A DNA stretch of 64,000 nt from Escherichia phage vB_EcoM-101112UKE3-1, in sequence record MZ234013.1; one strand, given 5' to 3'. A program made the translations under genes and the position numbers. A model generated the notes under the pieces. The model did no database searches. It saw only the letters and a list, made by a program, of their open reading frames with translations, and had not been told where the DNA came from. Shown piece by piece: positions 1 to 10,953 of this stretch. Within the stretch, counting starts at the first letter, position 1, and every line of letters starts with the position of its first letter.

Positions 1-1
1 A

Positions 2-730
2 GAATTCGCCGAAGTAGCTGAATCACGTACTGCATCTAATGGCATCGCCAATAAATCTTTAAAGGGAACCATTTCTGAAAAAGAAGCACAATGCATGAAG
101 TTTCAGGTCTGGGATTATGTACCGTTGGTAGAAATATACGGTCTTCCTGCATTTCGTTTGAAATATGATGTACGTTTTTCTAAACTAGAACAAATGACAT
201 CAGGCTATGATAAAGTAATTTTAATTGAAAACCAGGTAGTAAATAACCTAGACGAAGCCAAGGTAATTTATAAAAAGTATATTGACCAAGGTCTTGAAGG
301 TATTATTCTCAAAAATATCGATGGATTATGGGAAAATGCTCGTTCAAAAAATCTCTATAAATTTAAAGAAGTAATTGATGTTGATTTAAAAATTGTAGGA
401 ATTTATCCTCACCGTAAAGACCCTACTAAAGCAGGTGGATTTATTCTTGAGTCAGAGTGTGGAAAAATTAAAGTAAATGCTGGTTCAGGCTTAAAAGATA
501 AAGCCGGTGTAAAATCGCATGAACTTGACCGTACTCGCATTATGGAAAACCAAAATTATTATATTGGAAAAATTCTAGAGTGCGAATGCAACGGTTGGTT
601 AAAATCTGATGGCCGCACTGATTACGTTAAATTATTTCTTCCGATTGCGATTCGTTTGCGTGAAGATAAAACTAAAGCTAATACATTCGAGGATGTATTT
701 GGTGATTTTCATGAGGTAACTGGTTTATGA
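2..730 (+). CDS. 30: ATP-dependent DNA ligase, C-terminal part (5' end lies upstream of window)
   Basis: Frame is open from window start with no upstream stop; C-terminus ...FEDVFGDFHEVTGL and overall sequence match my recollection of T4 ligase; synteny with alt downstream. Confidence 0.8.
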   Translation, partial: EFAEVAESRTASNGIANKSLKGTISEKEAQCMKFQVWDYVPLVEIYGLPAFRLKYDVRFSKLEQMTSGYDKVILIENQVVNNLDEAKVIYKKYIDQGLEGIILKNIDGLWENARSKNLYKFKEVIDVDLKIVGIYPHRKDPTKAGGFILESECGKIKVNAGSGLKDKAGVKSHELDRTRIMENQNYYIGKILECECNGWLKSDGRTDYVKLFLPIAIRLREDKTKANTFEDVFGDFHEVTGL

Positions 731-915
731 AAGCTTACTTAGAAACAATTGTCATTGCTCAAAAAGAAGGTGGAGATGTTTCTACTTCTGTATCACAAGT
801 CATTCTCGAATTTGTAGATGCATACGCTTATAATAAATTCACAGAAACATTTGATGCCTATGAAAAAGGTCCAAAGTTTGAAATATACCGTACTCTCTTA
901 CCAATAGATTATTAA
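727..915 (+). CDS. small hypothetical protein (62 aa)
   Basis: ATGA start/stop overlap with ligase gene; followed by a hairpin terminator. Confidence 0.5.
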   Translation: MKAYLETIVIAQKEGGDVSTSVSQVILEFVDAYAYNKFTETFDAYEKGPKFEIYRTLLPIDY

Positions 916-939
916 AGGCCTTCGGGCCTTTAATTTTAT
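916..939 (+). terminator. rho-independent terminator-like hairpin (aaaggccttcgggccttt + T-run)
   Basis: GC stem with TTCG loop followed by T-rich tract, read directly. Confidence 0.5.
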
Positions 940-944
940 AAATA
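937..944 (+). promoter_or_regulatory. T4-type late promoter TATAAATA upstream of alt
   Basis: Exact TATAAATA about 20 bp upstream of the alt start codon. Confidence 0.55.
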
Positions 945-964
945 GAATAAACACTAGAGAGGAT

Positions 965-3022
965 ATGATGGAACTCATTACAGAATTATTTGACGAAGAT
1001 ACTACTCTTCCGATTACAAACTTAAATCCAAAGAAGAAAATACCGCAAATTTTTTCAGTTCATGTTGATGATGCAATTGAACAACCAGGCTTTCGTTTAT
1101 GTACCTATACATCTGGAGGTGATACTAATCGCGATTTAAAAATGGGCGATAAAATGATGCATATTGTTCCTTTTACATTAACTGCTAAAGGTTCAATTGC
1201 TAAATTAAAAGGTCTTGGTCCAAGCCCAATTAATTATATCAATTCAGTTTTTACTGTTGCAATGCAAACAATGCGTCAGTATAAAATTGATGCCTGTATG
1301 CTTCGTATTCTTAAGTCTAAAACCGCTGGTCAAGCTCGACAAATTCAAGTTATTGCTGATAGACTTATCCGTAGTCGTTCAGGTGGCAGATACGTCCTTC
1401 TTAAGGAACTCTGGGATTACGATAAAAAGTATGCATATATTCTTATACATCGCAAAAATGTATCACTAGAAGACATTCCGGGAGTTCCGGAAATTAGTAC
1501 TGAGCTCTTTACTAAAGTTGAATCGAAGGTCGGTGATGTTTATATCAATAAAGATACTGGAGCTCAAGTAACTAAAAATGAGGCAATTGCAGCATCTATT
1601 GCGCAAGAAAATGATAAACGTTCTGACCAAGCTGTAATCGTTAAAGTTAAAATTTCCCGTAGAGCAATTGCGCAAAGTCAATCATTGGAATCTTCTAGAT
1701 TTGAAACGCCGATGTTTCAAAAATTTGAGGCTTCAGCAGCAGAATTAAATAAACCTGCTGACGCTCCTTTAATTTCTGACGCTAATGAATTAACTGTTAT
1801 TTCTACTTCAGGATTTGCATTAGAGAATGCTCTTAGTAGTGTTACAGCTGGAATGGCATTCAGAGAAGCTTCTATAATTCCTGAAGATAAAGAATCTGAT
1901 GTTAATACAGAAATAAAAAATAAAGCTTTAGAAAGATTACGAAAAGAATCTATTACTTCAATAAAAACTTTAGAAACTATTGCTTCTATAGTTGATGATA
2001 CTTTAGAAAAATATAAAGGTGCTTGGTTAGAAAGAAACATTAACAAGCATTCGCATTTAAATCAAGATGCTGCGAATGAGTTAGTACAAAATTCTTGGAA
2101 TGCAATAAAAACAAAGATTATTCGAAGAGAATTGCGTGGATATGCTCTTACCGCTGGATGGTCACTACATCCTATAGTCGAAAATAAAGATTCATCTAAA
2201 TACACACCGGCACAAAAACGCGGAATTCGTGAATACGTAAGTTCAGGATATGTAGACATAAATAACGCTCTTTTGGGATTATATAATCCAGATGAGCGTA
2301 CAAGTATTTTGACAGCATCTGATATAGAAAAAGCTATTGATAATTTAGATTCTGCCTTTAAAAATGGTGAACGATTACCAAAAGGTATTACTTTGTATCG
2401 TTCACAACGAATGTTACCTTCAATATATGAAGCACTGGTAAAAAATCGAGTTTTTTATTTTAGAAATTTTGTGTCAACATCATTATATCCAAACATTTTT
2501 GGTACTTGGATGACTGATTCAGCTGTTGGTGTTTTACCAGATGAAAAGCGTTTAAGTGTTTCTATTGATAAAACTGATGAAGGACTAGTAAATTCTAGCG
2601 ATAATTTAGTTGGAATTGGATGGGTTATTACTGGGGCTGATAAAGTCAATGTTGTTTTACCAGGTGGAAGTTTAGCACCTTCAAATGAAATGGAAGTCAT
2701 TTTGCCACGTGGATTAATGGTCAAAGTTAATAAAATAACCGATGCATCTTACAATGATGGAACAGTTAAAACTAACAACAAGCTTATTCAAGCTGAAGTT
2801 ATGACCACAGAAGAACTCACCGAATCGGTAATTTATGACGGTGACCGTCTAATGGAAACCGGCGAAGTAGTTACAATGACAGGTGATATTGAAGTAGAAG
2901 ACAGAGTTGACTTTGCATCATTTGTTTCATCAAATGTTAAACAGAAAGTAGAATCATCTCTTGGAATTATTGCGTCTTGTATAGATATTGCAAACATGCC
3001 TTACAAGTTCGTTCAAGGATAA
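965..3022 (+). CDS. alt: Alt ADP-ribosyltransferase (packaged, injected protein), copy 1
   Basis: 685 aa; N-terminal MELITELFDE capsid-targeting/gp21-cleavage-type leader; ART R-S-E type motifs LYRSQ, FVSTSL, EMEVILPRG; position next to gene 30 as in T4. Confidence 0.85.
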   Translation: MMELITELFDEDTTLPITNLNPKKKIPQIFSVHVDDAIEQPGFRLCTYTSGGDTNRDLKMGDKMMHIVPFTLTAKGSIAKLKGLGPSPINYINSVFTVAMQTMRQYKIDACMLRILKSKTAGQARQIQVIADRLIRSRSGGRYVLLKELWDYDKKYAYILIHRKNVSLEDIPGVPEISTELFTKVESKVGDVYINKDTGAQVTKNEAIAASIAQENDKRSDQAVIVKVKISRRAIAQSQSLESSRFETPMFQKFEASAAELNKPADAPLISDANELTVISTSGFALENALSSVTAGMAFREASIIPEDKESDVNTEIKNKALERLRKESITSIKTLETIASIVDDTLEKYKGAWLERNINKHSHLNQDAANELVQNSWNAIKTKIIRRELRGYALTAGWSLHPIVENKDSSKYTPAQKRGIREYVSSGYVDINNALLGLYNPDERTSILTASDIEKAIDNLDSAFKNGERLPKGITLYRSQRMLPSIYEALVKNRVFYFRNFVSTSLYPNIFGTWMTDSAVGVLPDEKRLSVSIDKTDEGLVNSSDNLVGIGWVITGADKVNVVLPGGSLAPSNEMEVILPRGLMVKVNKITDASYNDGTVKTNNKLIQAEVMTTEELTESVIYDGDRLMETGEVVTMTGDIEVEDRVDFASFVSSNVKQKVESSLGIIASCIDIANMPYKFVQG

Positions 3023-3025
3023 ATC

Positions 3026-5083
3026 ATGGAACTTATTACAGAATTATTTGACGGCGCTTCGGCGCCGGTTGTTAACTTAAATCCTAAGCATAAAATACCA
3101 CAAATTTTTGCTATTCAAGCCGGCGAAGAAAGCGTGCTTCCTGGATTTAGATTTTGTACATACACCTCTGGTGGTGATACGAATAAAAACGTTAAGCCAG
3201 GCGATAAAATGATGCATATCGTAATGATAGGTGTTAATGAGAAACTATCATTAGTTAAGCTTAAAAACTTGGGTGGAAATCCAATTGGTGTCATTAATGC
3301 CGTTTTTGATACTGCTCTTCAAACAATGAAACAGTATAAAATCGACGCATGCCTATTCCGCGTACTAAAAAGTAAAACAAATGGCGCAGCTCGTCAAATG
3401 CAAGTTATTGCTGACCGTTTAGTACGTACTAAAGGAGCAGGTCGATATGTTCTTTTAAAGGAAATCTGGGACTATGATAAGAAATATGCATATATTATGG
3501 TTTACCGTAAAAATGCCAATTTAGAAGACATTCCAGGTGTACCTCCTATTTCAACTGAGTTATTCACAAAAGTTGAATCAAAGGTCGGTGATGTTTATGT
3601 AGACGTTAAAACAGGAAATGCTGTTCCTAAAGCTGTCGCTGTTGCTGCTTCTATTGCTTTAGAAAATGATAAGCGCACGGACCAAGCTGTTATTCAGAAA
3701 ACTAAAATCAGTCGTCGATTAGCAGCACAAGCTCAATATTCTACTGTTGATGCTTCACTTCAGGGTGATAGCTTTGCTGCCAAGAAATATCAAGAGTTTG
3801 AATCTAAAGTTCCGGTATATAAAGCAGAAGGTCCGATGAACTCTGGCGTTATCCAGATTGGTTCAAACTTCAGCAAAGGAGCTATCGGTGGTATGAGAAG
3901 TGCTTCTCGTTTTAAATCTAACGATTATGAACTAGAAAGCTTCCGAAATCATATTGCATTGGCCCATGCACGTTTACGTGATCCATCTATCAAGTTGCAG
4001 AGCGATATAACATATCAAGGTTCTCAAGAATATTTAAAGAATAAAGAATTCTTTGATTATAAAACTGATAAAATTTTAAGCGATCTTGCTGACATTAATA
4101 TTTCTAATAGCTTTGATGTTATTAAGAAAATTATCAATGATTTGGTTAAAGGTTCTAAAGCCACGCCAGATGAAAAGACAGCTATTATTCAATTTGTAAT
4201 GAATGGCATTTATAAATTGATTAATGAATCTGCTGCCCAGGCATATGAATACGCAAGCACCGAAGTAGCTCCAAAAGGACTGACTCAGGCTGAATCTGAT
4301 GTAATTGAAGATTATTGTGCAGATTCATATGTTGAAATGAACTCGTTCCTTTTGGGTAAACCAGATTCTACCCGTGAAGAATACATGGAACGAGCTATTA
4401 AGCACATCGAGACGTTAGATTCTGCCTTTGCCAAAGGATCAGTTCTTCCTCCAGGAACTACACTTTACCGTGGGCAAGAAGTTACCTTTAAAACTTTGCG
4501 TCATAACATTGAAAATAAAATGTTCTATTTCAAGAACTTCGTATCCACATCGCTTAAACCAAATATCTTCGGTGAGCATGGTAAAAACTATATGGCTCTA
4601 GATGATTCTGGCGCAGTATTTTCTGGCGAAGGAGAAGGTTCCGTTGATACAGAAGATTTGATGCATATGGGTAGTCATTCTACATATGCTAATGAAGATG
4701 CTGAAACTAGCGTGGGTATGGTAATTAAAGGAGCTGAGCGAATCAAAGTTATCGTTCCAGGTCATTTATCAGGATTTCCATCAGAAGCTGAAGTTATTCT
4801 ACCACGTGGAATTTTACTGAAGATTAATAAAGTAAGTACGTACTTTATGAAAGAAACTGCTTATAACAAGTATCTAATCGAAGGTACAATCGTTCCTCCT
4901 TCTGAACAATTAGAAGAATCAGTATATGATGGAGACCATCTAATGGAAACTGGTGAAGTTCGTCCAATGGCTGGATTTAATCAATTCCTTGTAGAAGAAT
5001 CAAAAGAAGAGGAAAATGAAGTTTCTCAAATCTTGGCTTCTTTGGTTAACATCAACGGAATGTCTAAAAAGTTCAAAATGTAG
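3026..5083 (+). CDS. Alt-family ADP-ribosyltransferase paralog, copy 2
   Basis: 685 aa; same N-terminal leader (MELITELFDG...NLNPKHKIPQIF); conserved LYRGQ, FVSTSL, EAEVILPRG; central region diverged from copy 1. Confidence 0.8.
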   Translation: MELITELFDGASAPVVNLNPKHKIPQIFAIQAGEESVLPGFRFCTYTSGGDTNKNVKPGDKMMHIVMIGVNEKLSLVKLKNLGGNPIGVINAVFDTALQTMKQYKIDACLFRVLKSKTNGAARQMQVIADRLVRTKGAGRYVLLKEIWDYDKKYAYIMVYRKNANLEDIPGVPPISTELFTKVESKVGDVYVDVKTGNAVPKAVAVAASIALENDKRTDQAVIQKTKISRRLAAQAQYSTVDASLQGDSFAAKKYQEFESKVPVYKAEGPMNSGVIQIGSNFSKGAIGGMRSASRFKSNDYELESFRNHIALAHARLRDPSIKLQSDITYQGSQEYLKNKEFFDYKTDKILSDLADINISNSFDVIKKIINDLVKGSKATPDEKTAIIQFVMNGIYKLINESAAQAYEYASTEVAPKGLTQAESDVIEDYCADSYVEMNSFLLGKPDSTREEYMERAIKHIETLDSAFAKGSVLPPGTTLYRGQEVTFKTLRHNIENKMFYFKNFVSTSLKPNIFGEHGKNYMALDDSGAVFSGEGEGSVDTEDLMHMGSHSTYANEDAETSVGMVIKGAERIKVIVPGHLSGFPSEAEVILPRGILLKINKVSTYFMKETAYNKYLIEGTIVPPSEQLEESVYDGDHLMETGEVRPMAGFNQFLVEESKEEENEVSQILASLVNINGMSKKFKM

Positions 5084-5112
5084 TTTACAAGTCCCTCGTG
5101 TTGTGTTATAGT
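5083..5112 (+). promoter_or_regulatory. early-type promoter (GTTTAC -35, 18 bp spacer, TGtTATAGT extended -10)
   Basis: Sigma70-like hexamers with T4 early GTTTAC box upstream of ORF 5144. Confidence 0.45.
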
Positions 5113-5143
5113 AGTCTTACTGACATAACATGAGGAACACAAA

Positions 5144-5434
5144 ATGAAATCTTCTTTGCGCTTTTTAGGTCAAGAACTTGTAGTTGAAGGAGTTATTCCT
5201 GCTGATAATGCTTTTAATGAAGCAGTTTACGATGAATTTATCAAAATTTTTGGAACAGATAAAAAGTTCGGAATTTTTCCTTCTGAAAATTTTTCAAAGC
5301 CAGAACAGACTGAAAGTATTTTCCAAGGTGTAGTAACAGGTAAATTTGAGTCAGAAGCTCCGGTAAAAATTGAAGTTTATATTGAAGACAGTTTAGTTGC
5401 TTCAGTTTCTGCTTTCATTTCATTCCGTAAATAA
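5144..5434 (+). CDS. hypothetical protein (96 aa)
   Basis: ORF with AGGA-containing RBS region (catgaggaacacaaaATG); between alt and gene 54. Confidence 0.55.
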   Translation: MKSSLRFLGQELVVEGVIPADNAFNEAVYDEFIKIFGTDKKFGIFPSENFSKPEQTESIFQGVVTGKFESEAPVKIEVYIEDSLVASVSAFISFRK

Positions 5435-5440
5435 AAATAT

Positions 5441-5462
5441 GGGGACCAAAAGGTCCCCATTG
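5441..5462. terminator. bidirectional terminator hairpin (ggggaccaaaaggtcccc) between convergent genes
   Basis: Perfect 7-bp GC stem flanked by A/T runs on both sides; lies between + ORF end and gene 54 end. Confidence 0.6.
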
Positions 5463-6428
5463 TTATATTGCTCCTAATATTTTACTCTGCGAATTGACAA
5501 TTCCTGTCATAGTATTAATATTTGAAATGCTTCCTGTAGTTCCCCCTAATCTACTAAGTCGTGAAAGCGAATTAGATAGTCCAGTAACACCTCCACTATT
5601 TCCGAGAACGCTTTGAATACCATTTATAGTAGCAGATTCAAGCCATTCAAGGGCAGCTTGTCTATCAACTGCTCCAGCCTGCATCACTCTATACGCAAAA
5701 GTAACATCAAATGTAGTTATTTGGTTATCTCCATCATATGATAACTCAGGAGCGCTTACGGACACTGGAATGCATCCAGTGAACATCACCGCAGTATGTG
5801 GTAATCCATTGCGAGAATGAAGATTAACCTGAATATCTGCCTCGACATCTTGCGGCAAAGCACGCAATCCAGTTACTGGGTCTTGAACAGCGTTAACCCA
5901 GTCTTGCATTGCACGATAGTTACAAGCTTCTGAATCCATTCTGAATGAAATAACCAAAGGGTCTAATTCTCTCCCAGTTATACGAATATTAGGAGAATTA
6001 TAGTTCCAGTCAGTTTCATAGGATAATCTATTCTCTGGCATTTTTACAGAGTATATCATCAATCCAGATGAGTTATATGCCACGTTAAAGAAGTCAATTA
6101 AATATGTACCAACTGTAAATGAGCCTAATAAACTTTGAACTGTACGTTGACTCATGGCACCAATAAGATATTTACTAACCCCTGATTTTCTTATCAGTTT
6201 TTGTGTGCCAGCTGTAATTAGCGTAGTAATTCCCTGATTAATATCGCCTTGAGTTAATCCTAACCAATCTGAATTTAGGCCCAAGTTATTATAAGAAAAG
6301 TTGCTAATTGAACTTATCAACGAAGAGCTTTTAGTTGATGGAGTTGTAGCAAAAACACAGCTGAACATATTATTACGTTGGAAATCTGCGTTTATTGCTT
6401 GATTATTAAATTCCTCTAAAGAATACAT
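5463..6428 (-). CDS. 54: baseplate tail tube initiator gp54
   Basis: 321 aa; T4 gene order 54-48-29 and size match. Confidence 0.8.
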   Translation of the reverse strand: MYSLEEFNNQAINADFQRNNMFSCVFATTPSTKSSSLISSISNFSYNNLGLNSDWLGLTQGDINQGITTLITAGTQKLIRKSGVSKYLIGAMSQRTVQSLLGSFTVGTYLIDFFNVAYNSSGLMIYSVKMPENRLSYETDWNYNSPNIRITGRELDPLVISFRMDSEACNYRAMQDWVNAVQDPVTGLRALPQDVEADIQVNLHSRNGLPHTAVMFTGCIPVSVSAPELSYDGDNQITTFDVTFAYRVMQAGAVDRQAALEWLESATINGIQSVLGNSGGVTGLSNSLSRLSRLGGTTGSISNINTMTGIVNSQSKILGAI

Positions 6429-7522
6429 TAAAAAGTCCCCGCATATAAAGAAGCACGGTTTAACGTGATAATTTCTCTCATAGTAATCTCGAGAGTAAAT
6501 GTACTAGGGAGATTTGGAGCAATAGCTAATCCGTTAAAGTTACCATTAGGTGTTTTATCAAATCTGATACTCTGGATTTGACATGGACCGAATATTTCCG
6601 TTTTTCCATCAAACTTAGATGTTGCACCAAAGTTTTTCACCATCCAAATTGTCGGGTTTGAAACTACAAGAACGTTAGTTAAACTCGATGTCATTTTCTC
6701 AAATAACGTCTTATTTTTAACTGCATCTTCTGGAGTTAACGGCTCAATAAAAGTAGAACGGTACCACTCATCTAAATATCCTTTTATTTCAGCAGCATAT
6801 TGAGATTTACCAGTTTCACCGTAAGAAAAATAGTTAAAATACTGATAGATATTAATAATAGCCATTAAATCTTCTGTTGAGCGCGGAGTCAAATCCCAAG
6901 TGAACACTTTAGTTCTATTTTCAGCACCGCCGTACATGCTTCTGGCTGTCGTATAAATCTGTTCATTATTATCAGCCATTATACCTTGTGTTATACTTTC
7001 CAGCGCTCCAAATACTGCGGTTGAAGCCATATTGCTTAGCACACCAGTAGCAGTACCTCCACCTTTTGTAATAAGACTATCTTGAACATCATTAAATCTA
7101 TGTGATGACGTATCGACGTCAGATTTAGATCTAGGTAAAAGAATATTTGCAACAGGAACTTTACTTATTGTTCCTGAATTATTATCTGATATTAGTCCAT
7201 TTGATAGTTTTGATACTGTATTACTGATAGTGTTTCTGGCTGTACGTAAAATACTCGAAGATGAAGAAGAGTAGTTAGATCTCATCGTTCTAAGACTTCC
7301 AGAATCCCTAGATGACATATTGTATGCAGTAAATAATAATCCATTCTTATATAGATCTGTTACCTGGAAGTCCCCTGTAGTGTCATTACCACTAGCACGC
7401 CCAGTTGGAAACTGGGCTGTGTATGTTTTAGTTCCTACTTCTGATTTAGTACTCTGTCCGGCTGAAATTGTTTCACCGGACTTTTTAATTAAATCAGCAG
7501 TTATTTCTTTAACAATTGCCAT
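6428..7522 (-). CDS. 48: baseplate tail tube cap gp48
   Basis: 364 aa, same as T4 gp48; synteny. Confidence 0.8.
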   Translation of the reverse strand: MAIVKEITADLIKKSGETISAGQSTKSEVGTKTYTAQFPTGRASGNDTTGDFQVTDLYKNGLLFTAYNMSSRDSGSLRTMRSNYSSSSSSILRTARNTISNTVSKLSNGLISDNNSGTISKVPVANILLPRSKSDVDTSSHRFNDVQDSLITKGGGTATGVLSNMASTAVFGALESITQGIMADNNEQIYTTARSMYGGAENRTKVFTWDLTPRSTEDLMAIINIYQYFNYFSYGETGKSQYAAEIKGYLDEWYRSTFIEPLTPEDAVKNKTLFEKMTSSLTNVLVVSNPTIWMVKNFGATSKFDGKTEIFGPCQIQSIRFDKTPNGNFNGLAIAPNLPSTFTLEITMREIITLNRASLYAGTF

Positions 7523-7530
7523 ATTATTCC

Positions 7531-9303
7531 TTAATTAACTCCCGTCGCACCAAATACACCAGGAGCAGTTGTGCTTGTGACAGGTGTCATATTATGAACG
7601 ACAGTATTTTTCTTAATAACATTATTAGTATTATTGATTGAAGGAGATGCTTGTTGAACAGGAGCTTGTTGTGCTTTGTTCTTTTCAATCACCTGGACCT
7701 GTTTTGCTTCTGGTGATTTAGCAGAAGTTTCAGGTTTTGCTTCAGGTTGATTTTTCTTGAGCTCTTGATAAGTGGCATCAATTTTAGCAAATCTAGAAGC
7801 AAGTTCTTTTTTAACTGCTGGTGAATTATTTAAATCCGGATCATTCATTCGTTTTTTAAGGTCTTCATGAGCAGCTTCAATTGATTTAACTGTCGAGTCT
7901 TTGCTCATATCAGCTGAATCAGCGTATTTTTCAAAACGAATCATCGCAGCACGAGCTTCATTAGCTTTCATTAAAGCATTTTTTCTTTCTTCCGGTGAAA
8001 GTTGTTTTAATTTTTCTTCTTCTGCTGCACGTTCTTCGTCAGTAGTCAATGCTTCTTTATTATCTACACCACGAATCCAGTTAGATGCACGAGTTTTCCA
8101 GTTCGCAATTTTGTCTAATCCTTTTGCTATTGGGCCAAGATCATCATTCATTCGTTTATCTTGATAATTTGCTACTTTTTCTTGGTCTTCTTTATTAAGA
8201 GATGCTCCAGTAGAATTTTGGAAATTTTCTAATGCTCTTCCTTCTACTTCATCAGCAGTATCCTTCATGCCAGGAATGACTCGAAGAATTGCTGCAGATA
8301 ATTTAGCCATACCTAATTGAATAAGCTCTCCTAAATTATAAAGAACACTTCCAAGCCCTTCAACAATAGCTACTGTTAATCCGCCCCAATCTCCAGCTTC
8401 CCAGAACTTTTTAATTTCATCAATAGATTCAAAGATGCTTTGTAATAAAGGGCCCCAAGTTCCTGTTTCGCTTGAGAAAGTTTTAAAATCAGTGCTAAAT
8501 AAATCCCAGGCTTTTGAAAATTTATCTGACCAGTATTTAAAATGAACCATCAGCAGGTCTATTCCAATAACAACAGCCATTATCAATGCAACCATTTTAG
8601 CAGCTTCAATAGCAGCACTGACGGTATACTTAAATAGCATGCTAGATATTTTATCAGTAATTGAAATAGATTTCTTAAATCCGAAATCAACTGTCTTTGT
8701 TAATTTATCTAAAGCTTGAGATAATTTTAAGTTAAATGCGTCTCTTTTTTGCTTCTCTTCTGGAGACTCTTGTTTTGGTTCAATTGGCTGAGGAGTAGGG
8801 AAAAAATCAGCATCAGGATCATTATTAACTGCTTCAGGAGCCGGTAATAAAGGACCCACAGATTCAGCTGTATCATCCTCGACGACTTTAACAGGAATAG
8901 CATTTTCGACTACTGCTAAACTCGTTCCAGTCTGTTGAATTCCAGCTGTTTGAATTTTTTGTTCTAATAAACTCGTTAATTTATCTAATTTGCTTCCGAG
9001 TGATTCGCCTATTTCTTTATTGATATTATTGCCAATTTCAACAGTCTCGGCAATTAACTCAGAACCGGCAGTAGTATCACTCACTGCGCTTTCAACGTTA
9101 TCAATTGCTCCAACTATTTCATTTGATTTTTCTTCAACAGTCTGAGCTATTAATTCAGAGGCAGCTTGAGCATCATCTAATTTTGTAGAAATGTCATTAA
9201 GACCAGATAAAGTATTAGAAGCGGATTTAGCCGCTTCCTGTGTTGGTTTATTATCTGAAATAACTTTTCTACGCATCGTTTGCATTTCTTGTGGCTTTTT
9301 CAT
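7531..9303 (-). CDS. 29: baseplate hub / tail length tape-measure protein gp29
   Basis: 590 aa as T4 gp29; Ala/Glu/Lys-rich extended protein; synteny. Confidence 0.8.
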   Translation of the reverse strand: MKKPQEMQTMRRKVISDNKPTQEAAKSASNTLSGLNDISTKLDDAQAASELIAQTVEEKSNEIVGAIDNVESAVSDTTAGSELIAETVEIGNNINKEIGESLGSKLDKLTSLLEQKIQTAGIQQTGTSLAVVENAIPVKVVEDDTAESVGPLLPAPEAVNNDPDADFFPTPQPIEPKQESPEEKQKRDAFNLKLSQALDKLTKTVDFGFKKSISITDKISSMLFKYTVSAAIEAAKMVALIMAVVIGIDLLMVHFKYWSDKFSKAWDLFSTDFKTFSSETGTWGPLLQSIFESIDEIKKFWEAGDWGGLTVAIVEGLGSVLYNLGELIQLGMAKLSAAILRVIPGMKDTADEVEGRALENFQNSTGASLNKEDQEKVANYQDKRMNDDLGPIAKGLDKIANWKTRASNWIRGVDNKEALTTDEERAAEEEKLKQLSPEERKNALMKANEARAAMIRFEKYADSADMSKDSTVKSIEAAHEDLKKRMNDPDLNNSPAVKKELASRFAKIDATYQELKKNQPEAKPETSAKSPEAKQVQVIEKNKAQQAPVQQASPSINNTNNVIKKNTVVHNMTPVTSTTAPGVFGATGVN

Positions 9304-9833
9304 TCAAATAATCCAATAATATTGCCAATTCCGGTTATTGGACCATTAGGGCCAGGAATTGCTAAAGTTGTAGAAATATCATTTGCCCATTTTAAAACAA
9401 ATGCTGGCATCTCAAGAAAATTAATTTCTTTAACTTCATCATTGACCTTAAGCAAGCATTTGGATAACATATCGCTTACAGTTAAAAATTGTTCAAATTT
9501 TCCAGGAGGTCTAAAATAAAATGTATTTCCTTGGTATTGAAATTCCAATCTTTGACATACATAAACGTCATTAATATCATAAGTATAACCATCTATTTCT
9601 TTACGAGATTTAATCTTTCCATTAAATTCCAATAAATGAATAGAAACGAAATCAACTTCTGCCGGTGATAAATTCGGACAAATAGAATCAATAAGAAGTT
9701 TTAAATTTTCATCAGGACCTTTAACATCTTTTAAAATGTTATAATGTTTAAGACCCATCTTAGGAATAGAAACTTCTTTATTACTTATTGGAAGAACTAC
9801 TTTCTTCAGTGGTAGTATCAGATTTAAATTCAT
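9300..9833 (-). CDS. 28: baseplate hub distal subunit gp28
   Basis: 177 aa as T4 gp28; synteny; start overlaps gp27 3' end. Confidence 0.75.
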   Translation of the reverse strand: MNLNLILPLKKVVLPISNKEVSIPKMGLKHYNILKDVKGPDENLKLLIDSICPNLSPAEVDFVSIHLLEFNGKIKSRKEIDGYTYDINDVYVCQRLEFQYQGNTFYFRPPGKFEQFLTVSDMLSKCLLKVNDEVKEINFLEMPAFVLKWANDISTTLAIPGPNGPITGIGNIIGLFE

Positions 9834-10953
9834 TTTTAACCTTAACTGGGTCTATTGTTTCCAGTTTCGTCGCATTAGTGAACATATATAGATGAGTTAC
9901 TGAATTATTATTTGATAATTCATGGATAACTTCATCAACGTAAAATTCTGTTTTAAATTGGTTTTTACTATCATTAAAAATAATTTTAACACCAGGAGTC
10001 AAGTTAAAATTACCGACAGTAGAACATTTAGCATAGCCATCATATTGCGCCATAGTTTGAAGACGAATAGCTTCTTCATAGCCATTTCTATAAGTCATTT
10101 CAGAATAAGCACCTGACCTTGACACTACAATAGAGTTTTCACCCTTTCCTGTAGTAATCATTGGCAGTGAAGAATCTAAAAACGAATGAGCATAGATAGT
10201 AGCATTTTTCATTGGATCACGTTTATGCGGGTTTGATTTAGTCAACCAAACAAAATCATATGCTAATGGATATTTCAATTCTTGGACGAATTGACCTATT
10301 AAAGTTGGCTCACCTACAATCATTGGATATGGTTCTTGATTTATCATCATATCATAGTCCATCATGTTAACTCCCATGATGTCTTGCCATACAAATACGA
10401 ACTTATCGCTTCCTACCGCTAGAGCAACTTCTCTTACATAGGACAAATAATTTTCAAATGTACTAGTCCATGGAATATCAGGAACATAAGCATTTATAGC
10501 ATTTATTGCTGGAGTTAATAATGTGCGGTCTTGATAAATGACACCAAGCATTTCTTTTATAGATTCACCTGCATCAGGGAAAAATGGTCTACCAAATTTA
10601 AGATTTTCTATAGAATGAATAGTTCCCAATTCAATAGCAATGATGTTATCGCCTTTTGAATCTACTGACACGGAAAAATGTTTGCATCCATAAATTCGTG
10701 TTTTAACATTATTAATATCGTTTGCATTAGCTACAGAAATTTGAATTATTTCATTTCCATCCATTTTTGTATGAATGTTTTTAGAATCATAAAATTGTAG
10801 CATTCCTTCATTTCGACCATAAAGAGAGTCACGCATAGTTAATGTGGTAATAGTAGCAGCTAATTCAACAAATCTATTATTACTCCAAGCGTCATAACTC
10901 TCAAATAATTTAACGCTGAGATTTGGATATCCAGGACGTTGTAACATACTCAT
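9781..10953 (-). CDS. 27: baseplate hub subunit gp27
   Basis: 390 aa (T4 391); synteny 51-27-28-29. Confidence 0.8.
   Translation of the reverse strand: MSMLQRPGYPNLSVKLFESYDAWSNNRFVELAATITTLTMRDSLYGRNEGMLQFYDSKNIHTKMDGNEIIQISVANANDINNVKTRIYGCKHFSVSVDSKGDNIIAIELGTIHSIENLKFGRPFFPDAGESIKEMLGVIYQDRTLLTPAINAINAYVPDIPWTSTFENYLSYVREVALAVGSDKFVFVWQDIMGVNMMDYDMMINQEPYPMIVGEPTLIGQFVQELKYPLAYDFVWLTKSNPHKRDPMKNATIYAHSFLDSSLPMITTGKGENSIVVSRSGAYSEMTYRNGYEEAIRLQTMAQYDGYAKCSTVGNFNLTPGVKIIFNDSKNQFKTEFYVDEVIHELSNNNSVTHLYMFTNATKLETIDPVKVKNEFKSDTTTEESSSSNK

Noticed and set aside
1215-2724. Short ORFs 1215..1469 (+), 1466..1681 (-), 1717..2046 (-), 2062..2259 (-), 2455..2724 (-) inside alt
   Set aside because: Embedded in or antisense to the well-supported alt gene; AT-rich out-of-frame readings.
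9280-9519. ORF 9280..9519 (+) at the gene 29/28 junction
   Set aside because: Antisense to the gp28 and gp29 coding regions; no RBS.
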